A stretch of 64,000 bases of DNA, from NCBI GenBank assembly GCA_021779915.1, contig JAJXZR010000015.1, positions 4,521-68,520 of the forward strand. Direction: 5' to 3'. The notes under the pieces were generated by a model. It did no database searches and was not told the DNA's origin. It saw nothing but the letters and a program-made list of their open reading frames with translations. The position numbers and the translations under genes are program-made. The DNA is from a bacterium. Its GTDB lineage: Bacteria; Patescibacteriota; Minisyncoccia; CAIUEV01. Shown piece by piece: positions 43,376 to 52,206 of this stretch (the first letter of the stretch is position 1; each line of letters begins with the position of its first letter).

Positions 43376-44587
43376 TTAGTCCCTCGGTCCACCTCCGAAT
43401 CCGGGAAGATGAAGCCCGCCTCCTCCGCCACCTGGTCTCGAGGCGGAATTAGTGTTCTTGTTGGTATTACTGCTATTACTGTTTCCATTAATAGTTTTAG
43501 TCACTATTTTATCCCCCTCGCTCACTCCACTGGTTATTTCTGTTTCCGTGTTGTTGGAAATACCCACTTCCACATTGACTTCTTGCGGAGTTTGACCCCT
43601 CAGAATTTCAACCGTGTTAACTCCGTTTTGTGTTTTCAGAGCTCCGCTTTGAATAATGATTGCATCTTGTTTCACGGCTGTTATAATCGAAGCAGAAACA
43701 CTCATCTGAGGTTTTATACGTTCGTCCAGCGTGTCCAAGCCGATTGTTACGTTGTAAGTTACAACTCCTTGCGATAAGGTTCCTAGGGAATCGATTTTTT
43801 CCACTTTACCTGAAACCGAAAGTCCATTCAGAGAGTCAAAAGTAAGCATCGCTTTCTGTCCCACGCTGACATTGGCAATATCTACCTCGCTCACTGCAAC
43901 TTGAGCCTTTAAGGTGCTGAGATCTCCAATTACTATCGGAGAACTAGTTGTTGAATTGGAAGATGACTTCCCCAAATCGTCTCCATTTTTTACATTTATC
44001 TCGTTGACAATTCCACTAATTGGAGCGGTAACGCTTCTTTCATCTGCAATCGATTGTTGATTTGCAAGATCGGCATTTGAAGAATCCAAACTTTTTTGAG
44101 CAGCTTCAATACCGTTTTCTGCGACATCTATTTTTTTCTTAAGAACATCCAATTGTCTCTTAGTAAAACTTCCTGGGGTTGTTTTGTTTTTTTTGATGGC
44201 GGCATAATAGTCAGCTTCGGCCGATTTTTTGGTTACCTTAGCCGAATCAACAGCATTACCTGACTGTTCTTGAGAAGCTATTGATTTTGATACATTTACA
44301 CTCAATTGATCGTTTACTATTTCAAAAAGCAACTGCCCTTTTTCCACTTTATCCCCCACATTAACCGATAAATTAGCGACTGTGCCGGAAATGGTCGGAT
44401 CTACTGTAGCCAGCTGATCGACAATCACATTTCCACTGCCTGAAACCGACGAAGTGATCGTGCCTTTTGTAGCGTCCTCCGTCACATATTGGGTTTGAGT
44501 TTGACTGGTAGTTGAACTTTTATACCAATAATACCCTCCCACCGCTATCAGGACTATAACGATCACTATGTACGTTTTTTTCATCAT
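43376..44587 (-). CDS. HlyD/MacA-family periplasmic adaptor subunit
   Basis: N-terminal TM, biotin-lipoyl-like and coiled-coil regions, C-terminal Gly-rich tail. First gene of the macA-ATPase-permease operon. Confidence 0.8.
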   Translation of the reverse strand: MMKKTYIVIVIVLIAVGGYYWYKSSTTSQTQTQYVTEDATKGTITSSVSGSGNVIVDQLATVDPTISGTVANLSVNVGDKVEKGQLLFEIVNDQLSVNVSKSIASQEQSGNAVDSAKVTKKSAEADYYAAIKKNKTTPGSFTKRQLDVLKKKIDVAENGIEAAQKSLDSSNADLANQQSIADERSVTAPISGIVNEINVKNGDDLGKSSSNSTTSSPIVIGDLSTLKAQVAVSEVDIANVSVGQKAMLTFDSLNGLSVSGKVEKIDSLGTLSQGVVTYNVTIGLDTLDERIKPQMSVSASIITAVKQDAIIIQSGALKTQNGVNTVEILRGQTPQEVNVEVGISNNTETEITSGVSEGDKIVTKTINGNSNSSNTNKNTNSASRPGGGGGGLHLPGFGGGPRD

Positions 44588-44962
44588 TTATGGTTAATAT
44601 TTTTAGATTAAACGACACAAACACAAAGTTATGGTAACAGAAAAATAACCATTCTTCCAAGTCCCCTCAAGTGGTTTCTTGCGGGAACTGTTCGAGCAAA
44701 AAAACAAATTCCACTGCAAGAAACCAATTGAAAGGACTTCACTAGTCCATAAAGTTAGAAAGTTTATAAAGTTTATAAAGTAAATGTTTTCCAACACACT
44801 ACTATATTGAGCTTCTTGCATCCCGAGCCTTTCTTGTCATCCCGAGCTTGTCGAGGGATCCCTCGGCTTCGCTCGGGATGACAACTTCACTCAAAGCAAA
44901 AGTAACAATTATAATGCTCGACTTGACTCAGGACACATACTAAATTAACTAATCTACTAACC

Positions 44963-45538
44963 CTAGTTCCTCGCATTATCAAAAACTCTGATCAAATCCG
45001 CGTTCACTGTTCCGTTATCTCCGGGACTTCCGATAACTACTATCTGATCGCCAGCTTTTAAGTCAGTTATTTTCAGATCGTCTTGATGGTATTTAATAAA
45101 GGTTTTGTCGGTAACTGTGACTGTGTTTTCTTTTCCGTCTTGATCCACAACAACTATGTTATTATCCGATACGGAAACAATTTTACCAGAAACTCCATGG
45201 GCATTGCGAAAACCTCGACCTTCAAAATCACCGGATTCCCCTCCTTGCCCAGGAAAAAAATCAGATCCCGGAAAATTGGAAGAAAAAGGATGCCTGTCTC
45301 TACCCATAAAATTTTTCTCATAATTATCGGAAAATTTTCCAGAAAACCTGGCTTTGTGGATGCCAACCTCAATTCCACCGGCAAAACTAACCAGAGCAAT
45401 CAAAACAGCTCCCAAGACATAAACACCTATTTTAAACTTGTTTGCCTGCCGGCCAGCAATCAGGGATTTTATCGTTTCCATTTTGGATTTGATAGGATAT
45501 TCTTTAGCCGAACCCTCTTTTATTGAATCTTGTTTCAT
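44963..45538 (-). CDS. Membrane-anchored protein co-transcribed with the sigma/anti-sigma pair
   Basis: Single TM. C-terminal domain GKIVSVSDNNIVVVDQDGKENTVTVTDKTFIK...GDQIVVIGSPGDNGTVNADLIRV, paralogous to 40389..40886. Start overlaps the anti-sigma stop (ATGA). Confidence 0.5.
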   Translation of the reverse strand: MKQDSIKEGSAKEYPIKSKMETIKSLIAGRQANKFKIGVYVLGAVLIALVSFAGGIEVGIHKARFSGKFSDNYEKNFMGRDRHPFSSNFPGSDFFPGQGGESGDFEGRGFRNAHGVSGKIVSVSDNNIVVVDQDGKENTVTVTDKTFIKYHQDDLKITDLKAGDQIVVIGSPGDNGTVNADLIRVFDNARN

Positions 45539-45939
45539 ACGTATTTATGGTTATGTTTGTTATTATGCTCTTTATAATAGCTAAGTGAAAGGAAAAAAAT
45601 AAAAACCGGAAGTAAAATAGCAATCGCACTTGCAGTAGGGAAGTTCTCTAAGAGAGATATAAAAAATTCATTGTAATATTGTGCGACAACATTAAAGTCT
45701 GAAAACAAAAGCTTTAACATACTCCAAAAATCCGAAGAAAAAAAGGCTTGAGAAAAAGTCGAATAGGAAAACAAAAAAAGCAACCCAGAAAAAGCCAGGC
45801 TTGATCGAAGTAATAACAATCCAAATCTCGCTTTTTTCTCTTTCTCGATTTCAATCTCCTTCAAAATAGCCTTCTTAAGTGAAGGGGGGGGATTAATCTC
45901 AGCCAAATTTTGAAACATTTTTTTTAGTTCTTTACTCAT
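45535..45939 (-). CDS. Putative anti-sigma factor (membrane)
   Basis: 134 aa with a single TM, immediately downstream of the ECF sigma gene. Confidence 0.4.
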   Translation of the reverse strand: MSKELKKMFQNLAEINPPPSLKKAILKEIEIEKEKKARFGLLLLRSSLAFSGLLFLFSYSTFSQAFFSSDFWSMLKLLFSDFNVVAQYYNEFFISLLENFPTASAIAILLPVFIFFLSLSYYKEHNNKHNHKYV

Positions 45940-45985
45940 GCTTTGTAGTACGAAAGGGCTTAGAAATAAGGTGCAAGGTTATTCT

Positions 45986-46118
45986 AAATGACGAATTACT
46001 AATGACGAATGTCGAATCAATGACGAAATTCAAAAATCAAAATATTTTAATCTTCGGATCCTAGATTTGATTCGACATTCGTCATTAGTAATTCGTCATT
46101 TATTCGTCATTCATCATT
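45986..46118. repeat. AATGACGAA-unit inverted repeat between the sigma and anti-sigma genes
   Basis: aatgacgaattactaatgacgaatgtcgaatcaatgacgaa ... ttgattcgacattcgtcattagtaattcgtcatttattcgtcatt. Same family as 51979-52124. Confidence 0.55.
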
Positions 46119-46128
46119 TCTTGCTTAT

Positions 46129-46692
46129 CTACTCCTCATAAAATTTTCTTAAATACTCCACTCCTCTCTTATATCGGCTTTTTACAGTATTGTAGGGTTT
46201 GCCGATGATTTCGGAAATTTCTTTCAGGGAAAATCCTTCTTTGTAATGCATAAATAAAATAGCTCTATAAATTACAGGTAATTTATTAATCGCCTTTTCC
46301 ATTTTACTTTTTAACTGTTTTTGCTCGACTGATTCCATTAAATCTGTTTTTTCTTCCAGGGTTTCTTCGAGATAGTTTCGACCATTTTTATCAACAAAAA
46401 AGGCAAAAGGAATGGATTTTTTCTTTCGAAGGTGGTCAAAAGCGGTATTTTTAGCAATCGTAAAAAGCCAAGTTTTGAACTTTTTGTTTTGCTCAAAACG
46501 GCCTAAGTTTTTCCAGGCTTTGAAAAAAGTTTCCTGAGTCAGATCCTCAGCAACACTATAGTTTCCCACCATTTGATTAATAAAATTAAGTATCGGTTTC
46601 AAATATCTGTCCAAAAGTATTGGAAAGGCAGATTCGTCCCCGAGAAAAAAATTCCGAACTATTTCTTCGTCACTAATGATGCTCATTATCAA
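46129..46692 (-). CDS. ECF-subfamily RNA polymerase sigma-70 factor
   Basis: Region 2 (DLTQETFFKAWKN) and region 4 HTH (LKEISEIIGKPYNTVKSRYKRG). Confidence 0.85.
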   Translation of the reverse strand: MIMSIISDEEIVRNFFLGDESAFPILLDRYLKPILNFINQMVGNYSVAEDLTQETFFKAWKNLGRFEQNKKFKTWLFTIAKNTAFDHLRKKKSIPFAFFVDKNGRNYLEETLEEKTDLMESVEQKQLKSKMEKAINKLPVIYRAILFMHYKEGFSLKEISEIIGKPYNTVKSRYKRGVEYLRKFYEE

Positions 46693-46710
46693 GAAAAGTT
46701 TTATTAATAT

Positions 46711-46929
46711 GTGTCATCCCCGGCGTGTCGACCGGGGATCCAGGAGAGTGGAAAATTACTCTAATTAACCTAATTATACTAATTGACCTAAAAAAGCACC
46801 AAATACCAATAAATAAATTTTTTTAAATTGGTTCTTGGGATTTTGTTTAGAATAATTAGGTTAATTAGAGTAATTAGAATAATTGGTGAGACTAACCTGG
46901 ATCCCCTGTCGACACGCCGGGGATGACAC
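46711..46929. mobile_element. MITE-like element, subtype A (copy 4)
   Basis: gtgtcatccccggcgtgtcgaccggggatccaggagagtg ... cctggatcccctgtcgacacgccggggatgacac. Confidence 0.65.
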
Positions 46930-46946
46930 AAAGAAAACCCATCAAT

Positions 46947-48482
46947 TTACTCAATCACAATATCTTCCTTTAACTTCCTCTCTGGAATATCAATCCACAA
47001 GGCGGCGACAGCACCAACAAAAAGTACGATGGATGCCACAACAAACACCGTGCCATAAGCCTCTACCTGACCTTTAAGAATCATCAACGCAGTCGCAGTT
47101 TTATAAACGATTGGATCGAAAGAGTGAATTGAAGAATATTTTGCAATGTTTAGAACGTTAGCTTCTTCCGATTTTTGCAAAATCGTACCAAAAACTGCAA
47201 TTCCAAAGGCCCCAGCGATATTTCTAGCTAAAGCTAAAATCGAAGAGGCAATTCCTATTTCATTCTGCGGTACGATAGAGGCAATAGCATTAGTTCTCTG
47301 CGCCATTCCAAACCCTATCCCAAAAGCCATAACGGCCAGAGGTAAAATTATAGCCAAGGCTCCGGAACGAGGGTCTAGGTAAGAAAATAAAAATAATCCT
47401 ATTCCCGCTACAAAAGTGCTGGAGGCAATCACATACTTGGGTCTCACTCTCCCAGTTAAGTTACCTCCTATTGGAGCAGCAATCATCAAGGCTGCCGCCA
47501 TTGGCATAAATAGATACCCCGTTTGAGTTGCATCATAACCAAGAAAAGTCTGAGCAAAAATCGGAATCAAAAAGATCCCACCCATCATCCCCATAAAGAC
47601 GACAAAATTGTTTCCTAGGGTATTTACAAAAGCACTGATTTTGAAAAATTTTAAATCCACTATCGGTTCAGGGCTGTTGTTTTCAATTCTAATAAAGATA
47701 AAGGTAAAGATGATCGTCACTAGATAAGCAAGAAAGCTGTTTAAGGAGAACCAACCCCAACTCAGTCCTTTGTCCAAGACTAAAACCAAAGAAGAAAGAG
47801 CTATTCCCAATGCTATCGCTCCCCACCAATCAAAAACAACTGTTTTTTTCTCAGAAACAGATTCTTTGACATAAGCTATAGCCATCAAAAGACCGATTAT
47901 TCCGATTGGCAAATTAATAAGAAAGACTGATCGCCAGCCAAAATTATCAATGAGAGGTCCTCCTATAAGGGGACCAAAAACCGCTGCTGCCGCAAAAGAA
48001 GACGACCAGATCCCGAGTGCCTGGGCTCTTTCTCTCCCTTCCTTAAAAGTAATCGCGATAATCGCCATAGCAGTGGGGTAATCGGCCGAACCAGCAATAG
48101 CCTGAATCACCCGAAAAACAATCATCGAAGACAAGTTCCAAGCAAATCCCGCCAAAATTGATCCGAAAATAAAAAGTCCAAACCCCAGCATATAAATCTT
48201 TTTTCGCCCCAAAGTATCTCCCAGCTTGCCCCAAATCGGTACAAAAACAGCATTGGCAAGAATATAAGCCGTTGCAATCCAACCAGCTGAAGAAACAGTA
48301 ATCCCAAAGTCATTGATAATTTTTGGAAGCGCCAAACTAACGATCGTCTGATCTAACCTACCCAAAAACGTCCCAATAATCACGGTAAAAAGAATCAACC
48401 AACGAGCTTTGTCAATTTTAGTTTTCTTTGGAGTAGACATTAAAACTGTATTTAATAGTGGAAGAACTTTCAGTTTGTTCAA
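46947..48482 (-). CDS. MFS transporter, DHA2 (EmrB/QacA) drug:H+ antiporter family, 14 TM
   Basis: 511 aa with 14 hydrophobic segments. Motif A-like GRLGDTLGRKK. Confidence 0.85.
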   Translation of the reverse strand: MNKLKVLPLLNTVLMSTPKKTKIDKARWLILFTVIIGTFLGRLDQTIVSLALPKIINDFGITVSSAGWIATAYILANAVFVPIWGKLGDTLGRKKIYMLGFGLFIFGSILAGFAWNLSSMIVFRVIQAIAGSADYPTAMAIIAITFKEGRERAQALGIWSSSFAAAAVFGPLIGGPLIDNFGWRSVFLINLPIGIIGLLMAIAYVKESVSEKKTVVFDWWGAIALGIALSSLVLVLDKGLSWGWFSLNSFLAYLVTIIFTFIFIRIENNSPEPIVDLKFFKISAFVNTLGNNFVVFMGMMGGIFLIPIFAQTFLGYDATQTGYLFMPMAAALMIAAPIGGNLTGRVRPKYVIASSTFVAGIGLFLFSYLDPRSGALAIILPLAVMAFGIGFGMAQRTNAIASIVPQNEIGIASSILALARNIAGAFGIAVFGTILQKSEEANVLNIAKYSSIHSFDPIVYKTATALMILKGQVEAYGTVFVVASIVLFVGAVAALWIDIPERKLKEDIVIE

Positions 48483-48511
48483 GTGTCATCCCGGGCTTGA
48501 CCCGGGATGAC
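48481..48511. repeat. Solo palindromic hairpin unit of the MITE family (gtgtcatcccgggcttgacccgggatgacac)
   Basis: Perfect 31-bp palindrome between the MFS and HlyD genes. Confidence 0.6.
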
Positions 48512-48535
48512 ACAGGACGCAGGCGTTGCTCAAAA

Positions 48536-49213
48536 TTAGTCCTTATACACCCAATTCTTGGTCGACATTCCATTCTTAAGCTCTGGATAAGACAAAGTGT
48601 CGAAGCGGATTTTGACGTCAAATTGGTTCTCTTGGCGTTGATCGGAAATGTTGAACACTACGTCAGATTGTCTCGATGTAGCCCCGACTTCATCTACAAT
48701 TCCAACGTACTGTTTTCCTGGGAAAGCATCTACCGTAAAAAAAGCTTTCTGCCCAACCTTAATCTCGTTGAGACCTTTGTCTTCTTCTATTTGCGCATCA
48801 ACTCTTAAATCTTTTGGGTCAATACAAGTTATTACCGTTTCTCCGGGAGCAAAAATCTTCCCAACGCTATTATCCACTTTAACCACAATTCCAGCTTTTT
48901 TCGCTTTAACTAGCCCGTTTCCCACCTGCGCTACTGTTTCATTTTCCGTGACAGAGTCCCCCTCTTTCACAAAAACCTTTTCCAACTTGCCGGAATCAGT
49001 GGAAGACAAATCAATCATTGTAGCCATCACCACTCCTTTATCAATATAAACCTGGTTAGAAGTGGCATATAAATACACCAAGGCGACTATCCCGGCAACA
49101 GCAAACAAGACTATAGCGAGTCTCATCAACAAATTACGATTTTTTGGTTTTTCTAAATCTTCTATAATCTCTTCCTCCTGTTTGGAAGTATGTTTTGAAG
49201 GATTTTTTGCCAT
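48536..49213 (-). CDS. HlyD-family secretion/adaptor protein (EmrA-like, short)
   Basis: N-terminal TM, then biotin-lipoyl-like beta-sandwich segments. Confidence 0.65.
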   Translation of the reverse strand: MAKNPSKHTSKQEEEIIEDLEKPKNRNLLMRLAIVLFAVAGIVALVYLYATSNQVYIDKGVVMATMIDLSSTDSGKLEKVFVKEGDSVTENETVAQVGNGLVKAKKAGIVVKVDNSVGKIFAPGETVITCIDPKDLRVDAQIEEDKGLNEIKVGQKAFFTVDAFPGKQYVGIVDEVGATSRQSDVVFNISDQRQENQFDVKIRFDTLSYPELKNGMSTKNWVYKD

Positions 49214-49226
49214 AATAATTCAAAAA

Positions 49227-50303
49227 TTAAAATTTATTTGCTAAGACAAGTATGTTTTCGCCTTGAGACAATCCCGATATTACTTCAACCATTTGGTGAT
49301 CACCATAAATCCCAAGATTTACCTCCGTCTTTTCGAACTTTCCACTATTGTCTTTGTAAACATAATTTTTATCATTTTCTCTAAAAACAGCACTTACTGG
49401 AATCAACAAAACATTGTTCTTGTTATCGCCAGAAGCTTTTATATTTACATCCATCCCCGAACGAAGATCCAAATTCTTATTATCAAACTCCAAAGTGACT
49501 TTGTATTCTGAGACACTGTTTCCTGTTTTTTCCGCCGGATCAATAGAATTAACTTTTGCTTCAATTTGATTTGATCCTAGAGCATCAAAAGAAATTTTGG
49601 CTATTTCTCCCACTGAAATTTTTTCTAGATCTAATTGAGAAACCTCCGCCTCAATTTTGAAGTCATTGTCACTGATTAAAGTGATGATAGGAGTTCCCAC
49701 CGATGCCACCTCGCCAACTTTACTGTCCTGCCACGATATCACGCCAGAGAAGGGAGCTCTGATTATCGTTTGGTCGATTTGGTTCTGGATGTTTTCCAAG
49801 TTAGTTTCGGCTGCTTTAATCTGATACTCCTGGGCATCGATCGCCTCTTTACTTAGCTTAATTTGCTGGTCTTGAATTTTTTTGTCAGTCGATTTGACCG
49901 TGGCATCATTTTTCATTCCTTTCCTCTTTAATTCTGCCTGCTTTTGAGTTTTTTCCAGCTGATCAAGATACTCTTTGGCACTGAAAACTCCAAACTCAGC
50001 CTGTTTGTACTGGTATGCTAAATCAGAATTATCGACTTGCGCCAGTTCATCGCCTTTTTGTACCTTATCACCCGTTTGATAATTCAACTTTATAATCTGC
50101 CCCCCCACCTGAAAACCAAGATTGGCCGTATCTTTGGGAACGATTTTCCCAGAAAAACTGAGGGATCCATTTATATTTCCTCTCTCCACTGCCATACTGG
50201 AGAAAACCGGTCGCAAGGAAAGTCTTTGGTAGGTAACATAGGAAGTTACTGCACCAGCCAAAACAATCAAAACAACGATGGTCCAAAAAGTTTTTTTATT
50301 CAT
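49227..50303 (-). CDS. HlyD-family efflux adaptor subunit
   Basis: N-terminal TM, coiled-coil segment, beta-barrel C-terminus. Confidence 0.7.
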   Translation of the reverse strand: MNKKTFWTIVVLIVLAGAVTSYVTYQRLSLRPVFSSMAVERGNINGSLSFSGKIVPKDTANLGFQVGGQIIKLNYQTGDKVQKGDELAQVDNSDLAYQYKQAEFGVFSAKEYLDQLEKTQKQAELKRKGMKNDATVKSTDKKIQDQQIKLSKEAIDAQEYQIKAAETNLENIQNQIDQTIIRAPFSGVISWQDSKVGEVASVGTPIITLISDNDFKIEAEVSQLDLEKISVGEIAKISFDALGSNQIEAKVNSIDPAEKTGNSVSEYKVTLEFDNKNLDLRSGMDVNIKASGDNKNNVLLIPVSAVFRENDKNYVYKDNSGKFEKTEVNLGIYGDHQMVEVISGLSQGENILVLANKF

Positions 50304-50376
50304 TGTGATTAAGTTAAAAAGGTTGAAAGAAAATTAGACTTGTATTCTTCACGTCTCTTGCGTTCCGCTTTTTCCT

Positions 50377-50530
50377 GTGCCATCCTCGGCGTGTCGACCG
50401 GGGATCCAGGAGGGTAGTATTAATCTAATAGAATGTTATTATGTTTAGTTTATTAACGATACGCACTAGGCGATAATTCTATCAGTCTAATCCTATTTCC
50501 TGGATCCCCGCTCGGGGGTGGGGATGACAC
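50377..50530. mobile_element. MITE-like element, subtype B
   Basis: gtgccatcctcggcgtgtcgaccggggatccaggagggtagtattaatc ... cctggatccccgctcgggggtggggatgacac. Confidence 0.6.
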
Positions 50531-50609
50531 GTGGAATTGCTCTATTTCTCATTTATATTTAGTTTTGGAAATTTTATTAGATAAATTAGAAATTAGATGA
50601 ATCAGATTT

Positions 50610-51062
50610 TTATAGCTCGCTCTTCGTCATCTTCTCTAAGATCCTAATTAAGTCTTCCTGCTCGCTCACAGAGAGATTTTCCAGCCCTTTTTTCATTTTT
50701 TGAAGCGATTCTGTTATGGTTTTTTCCAAATATCTTTCTCCTTTTTTTGTAATCGCAATACAAACAACTCTTCTGTCTTCTTCACTAATTTCTCTCTTAA
50801 CCATCCCTAGCCAAATCAAATGGTCTACAAGTGCTGTTACGGATGGGGGAGTAACGGAAAGAAACCCGGCAATATCCTTCATTTGAGGGGATTTTTCCTT
50901 AATAAATCGAAGCAACACAAACTGTACAAAGGACAGGCTTTTTTTAGACTTCCCGACGCCATCCAGTCCCGAAAACATTCTTTTAGCCGTAAAAATCAAA
51001 GAAATAATTTCGCCTATCCGATCCTTTTCCCTCATTTCTCTTGGTTTAATCATTATTTTCAA
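50610..51062 (-). CDS. MarR-family transcriptional regulator
   Basis: 150 aa winged-HTH. It is the first gene (highest coordinate) of the minus-strand MarR-HlyD-HlyD-MFS arrangement. Confidence 0.8.
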   Translation of the reverse strand: MKIMIKPREMREKDRIGEIISLIFTAKRMFSGLDGVGKSKKSLSFVQFVLLRFIKEKSPQMKDIAGFLSVTPPSVTALVDHLIWLGMVKREISEEDRRVVCIAITKKGERYLEKTITESLQKMKKGLENLSVSEQEDLIRILEKMTKSEL

Positions 51063-51118
51063 ATTAGTTAGTCTATCTAACTATTAGTTTTTCTAATTTG
51101 TCTTTTTTGGTTTGTCAA

Positions 51119-51146
51119 GTAGGGGCGAATAATTATTCGCCCCTAC
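51119..51146. promoter_or_regulatory. Perfect 28-bp palindrome gtaggggcgaataattattcgcccctac upstream of marR; candidate operator
   Basis: Lies in the divergent promoter region. A second palindrome tagttagtctatctaacta is at 51066-51086. Confidence 0.4.
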
Positions 51147-51169
51147 AATATTGACAAAAACCTGTTCCC

Positions 51170-51517
51170 ATGGTTATCTGTCCGAAGAAAAGTTCTTTAA
51201 ATGTTTGGTCAAGGAGGATAGCAATGAGTAGCGATAGCGATATTGAAATAAACGCACGCTTCTTAGATCTGTATAGCAGAACCTACAACGAAGCGGTTTT
51301 TCCGGGAGAAAAGTTGAGGAAAGAAAATCAAAAGATTCGAGCTGAGTTGATTCAGCTACTGCGTAGGCTTGGGGAAGAAAAAAGATTTAGTGAAGAAAAA
51401 TACCTAGCCGCAGGAATCATTGACCACGTGTCGCCAGAAACCCTGAAAAAGGAATCTGAAGACGAGGAATCCACTAACTTTTTAGTGGCCAGCTATTTCT
51501 TAAAAAGAAAATATTAA
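51170..51517 (+). CDS. Hypothetical protein
   Basis: 115-aa ORF with RBS aaggagga. No motif recognised. Confidence 0.4.
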   Translation: MVICPKKSSLNVWSRRIAMSSDSDIEINARFLDLYSRTYNEAVFPGEKLRKENQKIRAELIQLLRRLGEEKRFSEEKYLAAGIIDHVSPETLKKESEDEESTNFLVASYFLKRKY

Positions 51518-51601
51518 ACCAAAAAAGCCTTGGAGAAAAATCACCAAGGCTTTTTAAATTAAAAATTCTGTTATACTCATAACATTAAAACCAAACATTC
51601 C

Positions 51602-51973
51602 ATGTTCTCCATTTCTCAAGAACAATTCGAATCAATCGCCCAAGAATCTTTCCTGGAGATTCCCAAGAAGTTTAGAAATGAAATGAAAAATGTTGCCATC
51701 GTTATCCAAGATTTTCCCACTCCTAAGCAGTTGGAGAAACTTAAAATACGCAACAATTCCTTGCTCCTAGGACTTTATGAAGGAGTTCCTCAAACAAAGC
51801 GGTGGGGAAGGGGGCAAACGTTTCCTGATAAAATAACTATTTTCAAAAACTCTATTGAACTTCTTTCTAATTCGGAAGAAGATTTAAAGAAACTGGTAAA
51901 AAATACCATTGAACACGAAATCGCCCACCATTTTGGAATGAACGAAGAAGAGGTGAGAAGAGCAAAGAGATGA
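51602..51973 (+). CDS. Small HExxH-motif protein (possible zinc metallopeptidase-like)
   Basis: TIEHEIAHHFGMNEEE near the C-terminus. Confidence 0.4.
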   Translation: MFSISQEQFESIAQESFLEIPKKFRNEMKNVAIVIQDFPTPKQLEKLKIRNNSLLLGLYEGVPQTKRWGRGQTFPDKITIFKNSIELLSNSEEDLKKLVKNTIEHEIAHHFGMNEEEVRRAKR

Positions 51974-51978
51974 GGGAG

Positions 51979-52124
51979 GGAATGACGAAATCCGAATGAC
52001 GAATGACAAATGACAAATCAATCACAAATATCGAATATCAAAAAAATTTTGAGATTTGCCTGCCTGCCGGTAGGCAGGGATTTTAGATTTGATTTGTCAT
52101 TCGTCATTTGAAATTTGTCATTTA
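51979..52124. repeat. AATGACGAA/AATGACAAA-unit inverted repeat with central gcctgcctgccggtaggcaggga
   Basis: Same design as 45986-46118. Confidence 0.55.
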
Positions 52125-52146
52125 AATTATATCTGAGCGGATAATA

Positions 52147-52179
52147 TAAAAAGAGCCGGGAAAATCCCGGCTCTTTTTT
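52147..52179. terminator. Bidirectional rho-independent terminator
   Basis: aaaaagagccgggaaaatcccggctctttttt between convergent genes. Confidence 0.65.
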
Positions 52180-52206
52180 ATTTTACGCAATTCTTAAATG
52201 CCAGTC

